Assembly (NCBI GenBank): GCA_965205485.1
Contig: OZ242180.1
Span: 409,292 to 473,291 of the forward strand
DNA length: 64,000 nucleotides
From: Candidatus Latescibacterota bacterium
Lineage (GTDB): Bacteria; Latescibacterota; UBA2968; GCA-2709665
Direction: 5' to 3'
Part shown: positions 45,432 through 54,898 of the stretch, in pieces
Layout: the number at the start of each line of letters is the position of its first letter
Numbering within the stretch: position 1 is the stretch's first letter
Translations under genes and position numbers: made by a program
Notes under the pieces: model-generated
What the model was told of the DNA's origin: nothing
The model's input: the letters and a program-made list of their open reading frames with translations, nothing else
The model's database searches: none

Positions 45432-47033
45432 TCATTCTCTGCGTGCGTGGTGGTCCCGCTCCAGAAACGCGTTCGCCCAGGCGCTCGTGCCTTTGAGAGC
45501 GCCGTCCCTGAAGACCGCCGGCCCGTCCAGCATCGTCTCCTCCTCGCCGTACGCCTTGAGCCGCTCGTAGGCCAGCGACCAGATGCATTTTTTCTCCCCC
45601 ACTTCGCACCGGCCCCCTCGGGTTCCGCCGCAGGGACCGTTTCGCTGATTCTTGACGCACTGAGACTCGGGACACAGGAACGCGATATCCGGCAGCGAAC
45701 AATCGCCGCAGTCCCGGCAATCGAAGCACGGAATCTTCACCGCCTGCTCGGCGCCGTGCAAAACCCTGCGCACCCTGCTTCCGGCGCGGTCGACGGCCTC
45801 GAAGAACCTTCTGCCGATGCGAAAGGCCGGACGATCCTTCTCGAAAACCTGTTCGTGCACGAAGCGGTTTATCTTGTAGGCCGTGGATACGCGGCTTCTG
45901 GCGGCCCTCAACAACTCGGGTTGTTTCGAATGACGATACGCGCGGTTGACCTCGTCCGAACTCAGCCCCGTTTCCCTGTCTGGTTCGAAGAAGAAGAACT
46001 CTTCCGGCTGCTGGAAGCAAATCCCTGAAACGAAGTCTTTCCAGTCCGCGTCTCCGTAACCCCCGCAGATGTCCAGAATCCGCGCATAGTCCTCGAACTT
46101 CAGGTGCCCGCCAAGGTACACCCCGCGGTACCCCAACCCCCGGGCGATTGCGCACTGCTTCGCGGCGAACTCCAGAAAGAAAGCCTTGCCCTTGTCGCGG
46201 GAACGGGAATGCTTCCGCGTGAGTTCAAGCAACTCGTCGGTTACGATCACGCCGGGGATATTTCCTCCATGGAAGAACCTGGCCGAGGCGGGGCTCAGCA
46301 CGTACACGTTTGCAATCGCCGGCGTGCGAAGGCCGCAACGAGCCATGTACTTCAGCAGTTCGTCCTGCTTGCGCGAGTCGTACCCGATCTGGTTGATGAT
46401 GAACCCCGCGCCGTTCCGGATCTTTTTTTTAAGCTTGAAGTACTGCGGCATCACCTCGCGTTCGTACCGCTTGTGGTTGTTTGCCACCGCACCCAGGAAG
46501 AAACGTGTGGGCTTCAGGACCTGATCGCCTCTGACGCCTTCGAGCCGCATGCCTGAATTCATCTCCGAGAGCATCTTCAGGAGGCCGACCGAATCCGTAT
46601 CGAACACGGCGCCCGCCTGCCCGTGATATCCGGTTGCGGGGTAGTCGCCTGAGAGCGCGAGTACGTTTTCGAATCCTTCGCTTGCCAGCTCCCAGCCCCG
46701 GCTGAGCAGCGCATTCCGGTTCCAGTCCTTGCACGACAGGTGAATGATGACTTCCTTGCCCCGGCCCAGCAGGTCCATCCCCATCGCGTCCGGGCTGTTT
46801 GTGGCGTTCCCGCCGGGATTGTCCGTGATGCTCAGGGCGTGTACGCCGGGGTGGTCGGCCAGCGCCCGCGCGAGATTCAGAACCTGGCGTCCGCGACGCT
46901 CGGTGATCACCCCCCGGGAATTGACCAGTTCCACGCAGACGACGAACTCGTCCGTTTCCTCGAGCAGATGGCGCAGGGAGCGTTTCTTCCCGTCGTCGGG
47001 GGCTGGATCTGATTTTCCTAAAGTTGCCGCCAT
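45432..47033 (-). CDS. Methylenetetrahydrofolate reductase fused to a MetV-type Cys-rich C-terminal domain
   Basis: MetF barrel motifs (VVCVELVNSRG...; ALSITDNPGG; IIHLSCKDWNRN; LALSGD) and a C-terminal CFDCRDCGDCSL...CPESQC...GPCGG...C zinc-ribbon (MTHFR_C-like). 533 aa. Confidence 0.75.
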   Translation of the reverse strand: MAATLGKSDPAPDDGKKRSLRHLLEETDEFVVCVELVNSRGVITERRGRQVLNLARALADHPGVHALSITDNPGGNATNSPDAMGMDLLGRGKEVIIHLSCKDWNRNALLSRGWELASEGFENVLALSGDYPATGYHGQAGAVFDTDSVGLLKMLSEMNSGMRLEGVRGDQVLKPTRFFLGAVANNHKRYEREVMPQYFKLKKKIRNGAGFIINQIGYDSRKQDELLKYMARCGLRTPAIANVYVLSPASARFFHGGNIPGVIVTDELLELTRKHSRSRDKGKAFFLEFAAKQCAIARGLGYRGVYLGGHLKFEDYARILDICGGYGDADWKDFVSGICFQQPEEFFFFEPDRETGLSSDEVNRAYRHSKQPELLRAARSRVSTAYKINRFVHEQVFEKDRPAFRIGRRFFEAVDRAGSRVRRVLHGAEQAVKIPCFDCRDCGDCSLPDIAFLCPESQCVKNQRNGPCGGTRGGRCEVGEKKCIWSLAYERLKAYGEEETMLDGPAVFRDGALKGTSAWANAFLERDHHARRE

Positions 47034-47207
47034 GCGAATTTACTCGTGTTTTTGCGGGGGACCTTGGCGCACGGTCCCTCAAAGGCGGGAAGAAGTGAGC
47101 CGGAAGAAGGTAGAGATAACCTGCCTTGAAAGGCTTCTTCTCATGCCGGAGTCAAGAAGGTATAACATACCCGGCGAAGATTTCTTCTCCCGTCTTGCGT
47201 CTTGCGT

Positions 47208-48830
47208 CTACCCGGCTTTTAGAGAAGGCATCGGCTTGAACTGGCAGCCTTCCACGAACACCTCGAAGAAGTCCGGCGTCGTTTCGAGTTCGACATGCTC
47301 GATTTCCTTCACGAGCGCCTCGACGGTCGCCCTTTTCTCACGCGAAAGCAGGACCTCACGGGCGCCCTGGACAGCCGCATTTCCCGTCTTCACCACGCGT
47401 TCCTCGTCGACCGGCGCCAGGAATCCGATCTCGATCGCGTTCCGCACGTCCACGTAATTCGCGAATCCCCCGGCCAGGTATAGTGTGTCGATATCTTCCG
47501 GCCCAACCCCGAGGTGTCGCATCAGGATGAACTGTCCACAGAAATTCGCGGCCTTGGCCTGGGCCAGGTTGCTGGCGTCTTCGCGGGACAGCGTGATCCC
47601 GTAATCCGGGACAACCGGGATCTCGAAGGACCGGTCGGCAAACATCCCTTTGGGCGCCATGAGTTCGTGCCGCCGTAACTCCGCCAGCAGATCGATCAAC
47701 CCGGACCCGCACATTCCCTCCGGCTCGACGTTTCCAATGGTCCTGTACTGGAACCCGCCGTCTTGCAGACGGATCGACTCGATGGCGCCCTCGTGGCCGG
47801 GCATCCCGTACCGGACCAGCCCGCCCTCGAACGCGGGCCCGGCCGGACACGAGGCAGTGAGCAGTCCGTTGGCGCCTCGCACCACCACCTCGGTATTGGT
47901 CCCCACGTCCACCAGCATCACGACGCCATCCTGAGACATCAGGTCCGTCGCCAGGAGGTCTGCCGCCGTATCCGCCCCCACGTGGCTGGCGATCAGGGGC
48001 ATCCCGTAGACCTTTGCCCGCGGATTGGCGCGCAGCCCCAGTCGCCTGGAACCCTCCAGCAGGGAAGTCGTCTCCCGCACGCCCTTGAGAAATGCGTGCT
48101 CCACGCGGGACTTGTACGGTCTCTGGCCGATGCTCTGCACGTCCAGCTTGAAGAAGATGTCCCGCATCGTGGCGTTTCCCGCCACGACGATCTCGTAGAT
48201 TTCCTGCCGGACAAACCCGAATCTTCTTCCCAGATCGAGGATTTCGTGGTTGATCGCGTTGACGACCGCTTTCTGCAGTTCACCCTGAAACTCCCCGTCG
48301 TAGGAGATGCGATTCATCACGTCGCTGCCGCCGAAACGCTGCGGGTTCTCGAACGAACTCACGTGGACACTCTTGCCCGTGGCCAGATCCACCAGGTCCA
48401 TGACCACCGTTGTCGTGCCCAGATCGATCGCGATTCCGTAAAGGTGGCCGCGATACCTGTCGACGGCGACGCCGTCATAATAAACAACGTCCCCCAGGCG
48501 CGTGACCAGGGGGTCCGGATCCAGCGATTTTTCCAGGGAATGTGAAAGAATCCTGGGTTTGCGCCTCAACGGCGAGAACTCGATATCGGCTTCGTCGTTT
48601 TCAACCACCGCCTGACAGGCGAGGCGGTAATTCTCCCGCAGGAACGACTCCACGTCGTTCCGCGGCCGCAATGCGTCCATCCCGCACCCGATTTCAACCA
48701 CGCACTCGTGACAGTGTCCGGTGCGTCCGCAGGAAGTGGGCACCTGGACCGCCAGTTCGTCCGCATAGTCGAATATCGTCTTCCCGGCTGCCAGCGCCCG
48801 CCTCTTCCCGTCGTGAGATATGGTACCCAT
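47208..48830 (-). CDS. RACo-like reductive activator of corrinoid proteins ([2Fe-2S] ferredoxin N-domain plus ASKHA ATPase, DUF4445-like)
   Basis: N-terminal MGTISHDGKRRALAAGKTIFDYA...SCGRTGHCHEC (plant-type 2Fe-2S C-x4-C-x2-C), followed by ASKHA-type phosphate-binding loops (IAIDLGTTT; VDVGTNTE). Start at an internal Met; ~541 aa. Confidence 0.7.
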   Translation of the reverse strand: MGTISHDGKRRALAAGKTIFDYADELAVQVPTSCGRTGHCHECVVEIGCGMDALRPRNDVESFLRENYRLACQAVVENDEADIEFSPLRRKPRILSHSLEKSLDPDPLVTRLGDVVYYDGVAVDRYRGHLYGIAIDLGTTTVVMDLVDLATGKSVHVSSFENPQRFGGSDVMNRISYDGEFQGELQKAVVNAINHEILDLGRRFGFVRQEIYEIVVAGNATMRDIFFKLDVQSIGQRPYKSRVEHAFLKGVRETTSLLEGSRRLGLRANPRAKVYGMPLIASHVGADTAADLLATDLMSQDGVVMLVDVGTNTEVVVRGANGLLTASCPAGPAFEGGLVRYGMPGHEGAIESIRLQDGGFQYRTIGNVEPEGMCGSGLIDLLAELRRHELMAPKGMFADRSFEIPVVPDYGITLSREDASNLAQAKAANFCGQFILMRHLGVGPEDIDTLYLAGGFANYVDVRNAIEIGFLAPVDEERVVKTGNAAVQGAREVLLSREKRATVEALVKEIEHVELETTPDFFEVFVEGCQFKPMPSLKAG

Positions 48831-48835
48831 GCGTA

Positions 48836-49111
48836 CTATTCGTCGCCCCCGACGAATGCGCCCAGTTTCTCCTCCGTTTCCCAGGCGCCGCGGTAGTCCA
48901 GCTTGTCGTCTCCACCGCACATCAGCAGCGTTCCGCCCGGACGCGGCCTCCGCTGATTTCTGCAGCCGAACCTGGCGGTACACTCGTCGAAACGGTTCTT
49001 GTACGGGCACCGTACGGTTGAGAGTTCATCGGCATGGGCGATCATGCCGGCAAACAGTTCCGTGATCCTGTCCAGCCGCTTCTGATATTCCTCTTTTTCG
49101 ATCTTATGCAC
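48836..49111 (-). CDS. Small Cys-containing hypothetical protein (~70-92 aa) between the corrinoid protein and RACo
   Basis: ORF tightly packed between stops and starts (stop 6 nt before the RACo start). CPYKNRFDEC...C...C spacing suggests a small metal-binding module. Start ambiguous: GTG at 49111 or ATG at 49045. Confidence 0.35.
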   Translation of the reverse strand: MHKIEKEEYQKRLDRITELFAGMIAHADELSTVRCPYKNRFDECTARFGCRNQRRPRPGGTLLMCGGDDKLDYRGAWETEEKLGAFVGGDE

Positions 49112-49119
49112 GGTCGGGC

Positions 49120-49890
49120 TCAGGGGTTCAGGTTGGTCTCTACCTTCATCTCTTCGAGCAGGTCTTTGGCCAGGGCCACGCACGCCATCGCGTCTTTTCC
49201 GTACCCGTCCGCGCCCATATCGTCGGCGAATTCCTGCGTGACGGGCGCGCCACCCACCATGATCTTGACGTCTTCACGCAAATCCGCATCGATGAACGCC
49301 TCGATCGTCTTGCCCATATTCGGCATGGTTGTCGTCAGCAGCGCCGACATCCCAAGCAGCGGAGCACCGTGTTCCTCCACGGCATCCATGAATTCGTCCT
49401 CCGACGTGTCCACCCCCAGATCGTGAACGACAAACCCCGCGCCACGAAGCATCATGATGCACAGGTTCTTTCCAATGTCGTGCAGGTCGCCCTTTACAGT
49501 TCCCATGATGACCGTTCCGATCGGCTCGATGCCCGACGCGGAGAGAATGGGTTCGATATAGGCCATGCCGGCCTTCATCGCCCGGGCGCAGGCCAGCACT
49601 TCCGGAACGAAGATGAAGTTCTCCCGGAACTTGATCCCGACAATGCCCATTCCCGCGATCAACCCGTCGTCCATCACCTCCAGCGCCCCGGTTCCTGCAT
49701 CCAGTGCGGCTTTGGTCAACGCGTCCACTTCGTGATGGTCGCCGTCGATCAGGGCCGCGGCAATGGCCTGCATATCGGGAGTGACTCCGGCAAACGTGGC
49801 GATCGCCCGCTCCCGTTCTTCTTCCCGCTCGAGGAACTCCTCGATTTCGTCGCGGATGAATTCGTTTCCAATATCGGTAATTTCCGCCAT
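49120..49890 (-). CDS. Cobalamin-binding corrinoid protein (MtaC/MtbC/MetH-B12-domain-like)
   Basis: B12-binding helical cap then a Rossmann-like domain with the DxHxxG motif (KGDLHDIGKN) and ...MSALLTTTM.... 256 aa. Confidence 0.8.
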   Translation of the reverse strand: MAEITDIGNEFIRDEIEEFLEREEERERAIATFAGVTPDMQAIAAALIDGDHHEVDALTKAALDAGTGALEVMDDGLIAGMGIVGIKFRENFIFVPEVLACARAMKAGMAYIEPILSASGIEPIGTVIMGTVKGDLHDIGKNLCIMMLRGAGFVVHDLGVDTSEDEFMDAVEEHGAPLLGMSALLTTTMPNMGKTIEAFIDADLREDVKIMVGGAPVTQEFADDMGADGYGKDAMACVALAKDLLEEMKVETNLNP

Positions 49891-49908
49891 TATTCACCTG
49901 CCCCCTTA

Positions 49909-50120
49909 GAAGCTGTCTTAAAATTCCCAGCAGTCTTCGCACGGCTGCAAAAGCGCCGGTCGGCGTTGGTCAAACCCGCCCAAGAGTGGCGAGGGGCGCG
50001 CAGCCACGATACATTGGATATGGGCGAGTTTTCCCGTCGGCGCTGCACGCCCTTCGCGCCTCATAACCGCCGCTTTTTCGCTCGCGCTCGGGAACTCACC
50101 GGTAATTTTAAGACAGCTTC
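49909..50120. mobile_element. MITE-like element, family 1, copy 2, 212 bp, flanked by a TTA/TTA 3-bp duplication
   Basis: GAAGCTGTCTTAAAATTCCC...GGTAATTTTAAGACAGCTTC. Both ends are homologous to 11265..11427 but the internal segment differs. Its terminal TIR provides the last three codons and stop (K-L-S-TAA) of the UroD-family MT gene. Confidence 0.75.
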
Positions 50121-51166
50121 TTATCCGCCGGCGTCTCCCGGTGCCAGTCCCGGACCGCACCTGGAATCTCCTTCAGGTTTTCGATTGACGTCTGCAGCGG
50201 GATGGCGCACTCCGGACCCACGAGATGCACGCCTGCGTCCAGGTTCCTGAAAACCTCCTGCCTCACGGCTTCAGGCCCTTTTGAAAACAGCGTTTCCGGA
50301 TTGTTGATGTTGCCCACCAGCGAGATCCGCTCCTTAACCGCCGCCATGGACTCTCCCGGTTCGTTCTTCGAGTCGTAATGGAACGCGGACATCCCGGTCT
50401 GCGCGATGTACTCCATACGATCGACGGTCCGCCCGCAGATGTGCAGAATCAGCGGAATGGGGATCCTCTCCACGAACTCGATATGCAGGTCACGCAGATA
50501 CCGCTTGTAGTATTCCCCGCTCACGAGGTCGCCCGTCGCGTGATCGGGCAGCGTGAGCGCATCAGCGCCCGCCTCGATCTGCGCCACCCCGAAGTCCACC
50601 GTCACTTCCTTCATCCTGTCCAGACATGCCTTTGTCTTGTCCGGGTCGTCCAGCGACATGAGCAGAAAGGGCTCCACGCCGAAGCAGTGGTATCCCAGCG
50701 ACCATGGGCCCATTGTCTTGCCGATGACGGCCACGGCGTCTCCGTATTCCTTTTTCAGAATCCGGATCGCGTCCAGTACGCACTTCGTATCCTGGTGCGT
50801 GAGCAGGTCCGGCGGAATCTGAATGTCGTCCACGTCTTCCCAGATGGGCTCGCGCATCCTCACGGTGGGCCAGTTGTCTTTCTGCTCCCACTGGATCTTG
50901 CAGCCCATTGCGGACGACTCCTGGATAATTGTGAACACCGGCATGATCGAATCGAACCCCAACTCCGTATGCCCGGTGGCGGCAAGACGGGCCATCAGTT
51001 CCGGATCGCGGTTCGCATCCGGAAATGGCGCGTCCACGAGATCCATCAACTCCACGGTCGCCACCGACGTTGGATTGCACACGGGCGTCCGGTCCACCGG
51101 CTCCCGGTTCAGCGCCGCCAGAACACGCTCGCGGCCGGTCATTGGACCCACTGTGCGAGTCGCCAT
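50108..51166 (-). CDS. Uroporphyrinogen-decarboxylase-family methyltransferase (MtaA/MtbA/CmuA-N-like; methyl donor unknown)
   Basis: MTGRERVLAALNREPVDRTPV... is the classic MtaA/UroD N-terminus, with a TIM barrel and a Zn-ligand region (H...C...C). Start at an ATG with a CAGGAGAC RBS. 352 aa. Confidence 0.75.
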   Translation of the reverse strand: MATRTVGPMTGRERVLAALNREPVDRTPVCNPTSVATVELMDLVDAPFPDANRDPELMARLAATGHTELGFDSIMPVFTIIQESSAMGCKIQWEQKDNWPTVRMREPIWEDVDDIQIPPDLLTHQDTKCVLDAIRILKKEYGDAVAVIGKTMGPWSLGYHCFGVEPFLLMSLDDPDKTKACLDRMKEVTVDFGVAQIEAGADALTLPDHATGDLVSGEYYKRYLRDLHIEFVERIPIPLILHICGRTVDRMEYIAQTGMSAFHYDSKNEPGESMAAVKERISLVGNINNPETLFSKGPEAVRQEVFRNLDAGVHLVGPECAIPLQTSIENLKEIPGAVRDWHRETPADKKLS

Positions 51167-51212
51167 GTTCCAAGTCTCCTGTCTGTAACCTCGTTTACGC
51201 GGCCCGCCGGCG

Positions 51213-51842
51213 CTACCGCTGCTGGCTGGGCGCAGCCAGGACGCCGCGGGCGCCCGACGTCTCCTGTTCGCGAACCGCCGCCCGGACGTTTGGGGCCCGG
51301 ACCAGAAGCAGTCCCACAACAGCGTCGTGGTCGTATCCGCACGAAAACAAGACCGTATCCGGGCTTAGGGACTGCATTTCACCGAGCTTGGCCAGCCCGC
51401 CCGCGATTGCCGAAATTCTCCGCGCGGCGTCCCTTCCCTCCCCCTCAGCCTCGACGCGGTACTCGCCGCTGCCCGCACGGGACACCCTGATGTTCAATCC
51501 GGACTTCCTGTCGACGATCGTCAGCGGACGGGCTTTCAGTTCGCCGCCGGAAGCCAGCTTGCACGCTTCGAGAAAGACCCGCCGGCAGGCCAGTTCGTGC
51601 GCTTCTCCGCACGGAAACCGCAGCAGCCCGTCGGGTGTCTGCACCATTCCGCCCAGCACCGCCATCCCATTGGTGACGAATGCGATCCGCTGGTCGGCCC
51701 CTGCTCTTCCGCTGTACGTATGTACGCGATACACGGGAGCCCCATCGTGATCCTGGCTGTAGAGGCCAATCGTGATATCACGAAAATGCGGATCCATGGG
51801 CACCAGTTCGATGCGCGTTCCGATATCGATGGTTTGGCCCAT
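51213..51842 (-). CDS. Hypothetical protein (~210 aa), first gene of the corrinoid-MT operon
   Basis: Start at the second ATG, 8 nt after a GGAGG. No motif assigned. Confidence 0.5.
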   Translation of the reverse strand: MGQTIDIGTRIELVPMDPHFRDITIGLYSQDHDGAPVYRVHTYSGRAGADQRIAFVTNGMAVLGGMVQTPDGLLRFPCGEAHELACRRVFLEACKLASGGELKARPLTIVDRKSGLNIRVSRAGSGEYRVEAEGEGRDAARRISAIAGGLAKLGEMQSLSPDTVLFSCGYDHDAVVGLLLVRAPNVRAAVREQETSGARGVLAAPSQQR

Positions 51843-52027
51843 TGTGCCATCCTCCGGCAAGTTTTCCCTTGACAGCAGGGAACCCCGTCTGTTCTTTTAC
51901 TGTTATGATGATGGTCAGACCAATTCTGGATTTAAGGGTAACCTAAATAGAAGCCATTGTAAAGCGAAATCTTTCTGGCGCGACGAACTGGCGGCTTCGC
52001 GCATCAAGAAGAAAGGTTTAAGATATC

Positions 52028-52795
52028 GTGACTCGAAAACCGAAGGCCCCGGCACTCGAGCAGATGACGCCCGTCAGACGCACGTCGCTGAGCGACGAAA
52101 TCGTCGGCCAGATCATCGACCTGATCTCTCGGGACGTGCTGAAACCGGGCGATCAGCTGCCGCCGGAACGAAGCCTGTGCAAACAGTTCGGGGTCGGCCG
52201 GACCTCCCTCAGGGAAGCCCTCCGTACACTCTCCGTGATGGGCATCCTGGAACCCCGGGTGGGTGAGGGTACGTTCGTCAGCGACAATACTGGCCGATAC
52301 CTGGAGAAATCCCTGAGCTGGGGCCTGCTGCTGGATCCGAAGGAAGTCACGGACCTCGTGGAAACGCGGCTAATGCTGGAATCCCGTAATGCATTCCTTG
52401 CCGCCGGGCGCGCCACGGAAGCCGACCTCCTTGAATTCGAGCGGACGACCCGTGGAATCGAGGCATCTCTGAACCGGCCCGGCGAATTCCTGGAATTCGA
52501 CGTACAGTTCCATCTGGCCATTGCCCGGGCAACCCAGAATTCTATCCTCTGCAACCTCCTCGTGATGATTCGCAACTACCTTCAGGAATGGATCCGGGCC
52601 AGCCTGGAGGAACCCGCGACCCATACGGTGGAGGTGCGGGCCCGGATGTCGGTGGAAGAACACGTAAAAATCGTGCGGGCCATCCGGAAACGCGACGCCG
52701 AAGCCGCACAGCGGGCCATGGAGGAGCACATTCTGTCCAGCAGCGTGGACCTGCGGGCGCGTATCGACGGTGATTCCGAAAACCGATCGGGGTGA
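52028..52795 (+). CDS. GntR-family (FadR/FCD subfamily) transcriptional regulator, divergent from the corrinoid-MT operon
   Basis: N-terminal wHTH (PGDQLPPERSLCKQFGVGRTSLREALRTLSVMGILEPRVGEGTFV) plus an all-helical C-terminal effector domain (FCD-like). Confidence 0.75.
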   Translation: MTRKPKAPALEQMTPVRRTSLSDEIVGQIIDLISRDVLKPGDQLPPERSLCKQFGVGRTSLREALRTLSVMGILEPRVGEGTFVSDNTGRYLEKSLSWGLLLDPKEVTDLVETRLMLESRNAFLAAGRATEADLLEFERTTRGIEASLNRPGEFLEFDVQFHLAIARATQNSILCNLLVMIRNYLQEWIRASLEEPATHTVEVRARMSVEEHVKIVRAIRKRDAEAAQRAMEEHILSSSVDLRARIDGDSENRSG

Positions 52796-52821
52796 GACGC
52801 TAACCGTCCGGCAGGTATACG

Positions 52822-52983
52822 GTGTCCCGTCCTGGAAATATGTCACCATTCTTCGGCCGATTCATCCCGTCTTGCTTCGTTGCCTTCGCTCGCTGACCTT
52901 GCCCAGGTCACCTCGCTCAGGCGCCTTGCCAGCCGGGCGACTCGGCCACCGAATTTCGGCAACCTATTTCCAGGACAGAACAC
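52822..52983. mobile_element. MITE-like element, family 2, copy 2 (reverse orientation), 162 bp
   Basis: The reverse complement reads GTGTTCTGTCCTGGAAATAGGTTGCCGAAATTCGGTGGCCGAGTCGCCCGGCTGGCAAGGCG...GGGATGAATCGGCCG...TATTTCCAGGACGGGACAC. The terminal TIR supplies the last codons and stop (…SWK-TAG) of the HAD hydrolase gene. Confidence 0.75.
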
Positions 52984-53821
52984 TCGCCACGGTCTTCGAG
53001 AACCCTTCATGCTCCAGCGGTTCGCACGTCCGCACGCCCGCCTCGGCGGCTGAATCCCTGGTCAGACGGTCCGCGTTTCCCATCAGCACGCCGATGCCCG
53101 CCGCCTTCAGCATCGGCAGGTCGTTATCCCCGTCTCCAATCGCAAGCGACTGGGCAAGGGCGACGCCGCACGCATCGCAGATCTCCCGCAATGCCACCGC
53201 CTTGTTCACGTCCGGATGCATGATCTCGATCCGGTCGTCGCCCGTGCGGGCGAGATAGAACCGCCGCCCGAACGCCGCACGCATCCTCTCGAACAAGTCT
53301 TCCCGTCGACCGGGACCGGGCAGCAAGATCATCTTCGGCGGGGGAACCAGATCCCGCGCCATGGACAACAGGTCCGGCTCCAGCACGATATTCACGCCCG
53401 TCATCCGCACAAGATTTCGGATCCACGCGGTCTCTTCGTCCGTAATATAGGCCTCGCTGAGGCCGGTCTGATCGGTCTCGCACCGGCAATAGATGAAGTT
53501 CACACCACTATTGCCGACAAAATCAACAAGATCGGGAAAGCCATCCGCCGGCAATCGCTGTTCGTGCAGCAACGACCGCTCGTTATCCGCGCCGGTTCCC
53601 AGCACCATCGCGCCGTTGTAGCTTCCGACACTCAAAACCGGCCGGACATCCGGGGGAAACGGCGCCAGGCTCTTCCCCACGTTTCGACCGCTGATCGACG
53701 CCATCGCGATTCCGGCTCGCGCCAGCCGTCGAAGCGCCTCGACAGTCGTGCTTGACATCCGGCCCCTGTCGTCGAGCAGCGTACCATCCAGATCGAACGC
53801 CACGAGCCGCACGTCACCCAT
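52964..53821 (-). CDS. HAD-IIB (Cof-type) phosphatase
   Basis: VAFDLDGTLL (motif I), ...ASISGR (II), ...AIGDGDNDLPM (IV). 285 aa from the internal Met. Confidence 0.75.
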   Translation of the reverse strand: MGDVRLVAFDLDGTLLDDRGRMSSTTVEALRRLARAGIAMASISGRNVGKSLAPFPPDVRPVLSVGSYNGAMVLGTGADNERSLLHEQRLPADGFPDLVDFVGNSGVNFIYCRCETDQTGLSEAYITDEETAWIRNLVRMTGVNIVLEPDLLSMARDLVPPPKMILLPGPGRREDLFERMRAAFGRRFYLARTGDDRIEIMHPDVNKAVALREICDACGVALAQSLAIGDGDNDLPMLKAAGIGVLMGNADRLTRDSAAEAGVRTCEPLEHEGFSKTVASVLSWK

Positions 53822-53855
53822 TCTGCCGACCTCCCGACGACATACCGATATCCCT

Positions 53856-54872
53856 TCAGAAATCCGTGACGACCCTGGCGGGCCTGCCGGTCTTAATCGA
53901 TTCCACAACCGCGAAACACGCCGCCATCGTCCGGGCGCCTTCCTTTACGTCGATCATCGGCGTTTCGCCCGTATCCAGGCAGTGCAGGAAATGCGACAAT
54001 TCCTCCGCGCAGGCGTGTACCTCTCCCAGCACAGGAAACGGGATCTCCGCGAATTCCTCGATGTCACCGAACTCTTTGAGATAGAGCCGGTTTTCCTCTA
54101 CCGTGCCCTCGGTGCCATAGAGATTGAACGTCATGGAATAGGGCCGCGGCGCACCCACGGACACCAGGCACTTTCCCACCGCGCCGTTCCTGAATTTCAG
54201 CGAAGCGATCACCGTATCGTGCCAGTCGACGTCGTGAAGGACCTTCGTAACACCATAGGCCGACACTTCCTCCATTTCCCCCACGATCCAGCGCATCAGG
54301 TCCAGCGGGTGGCACGCCCCGCCGATCACCGCGAATTGACCCTCGTCAGGGTGCCGCCACCACTGGTGACCAGGACCGGTGAGAAACGGCTCCAGCGAAT
54401 GGACGTAGTCCGACTCACAGAAACAGGCTTCGCCAAGCTTGCCCGAGTCGAACAGGTCCTTCACGGCCCGGTGCAATTGCCTGAAACGCGCGCCGTGGCC
54501 CACCATCAGCTGCCGGCCCGAACCTTCGACCGCGGCAACCATGCGGCGGCAGTCCTGCAACGTGGTCGCCATCGGCTTTTCACAGAACACATGCTTACCG
54601 GCCTCCAGCGCGGAAACGGCCTCGTCGGCGTGCAGCCGGTTGGGCGTGCAGAGGTACACCACGTCAACCGCCTCGTCCGCGACAATCTCTCCGAAGTCCG
54701 TGGTCACCTGCTCGGCCCCGTATTCGGCCTTCATCTCCTCCAATCGACCCGCGCCGCGCGACGATCCGCAGATCGAACGCAGTTTCGCCCGCGGATCGGA
54801 CGCAATCGCCTTGATGTGCTCCAGGCCGATATACCCCGTACCCACTACCGCGATTCGATATTCAGCTGCCAC
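53856..54872 (-). CDS. Gfo/Idh/MocA-family oxidoreductase
   Basis: YRIAVVGTGYIGLEH..., VYLCTPNRLH, EKPMA. Confidence 0.75.
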   Translation of the reverse strand: MAAEYRIAVVGTGYIGLEHIKAIASDPRAKLRSICGSSRGAGRLEEMKAEYGAEQVTTDFGEIVADEAVDVVYLCTPNRLHADEAVSALEAGKHVFCEKPMATTLQDCRRMVAAVEGSGRQLMVGHGARFRQLHRAVKDLFDSGKLGEACFCESDYVHSLEPFLTGPGHQWWRHPDEGQFAVIGGACHPLDLMRWIVGEMEEVSAYGVTKVLHDVDWHDTVIASLKFRNGAVGKCLVSVGAPRPYSMTFNLYGTEGTVEENRLYLKEFGDIEEFAEIPFPVLGEVHACAEELSHFLHCLDTGETPMIDVKEGARTMAACFAVVESIKTGRPARVVTDF

Positions 54873-54898
54873 GACAACGGTCCTTTCGGATCATGCGA

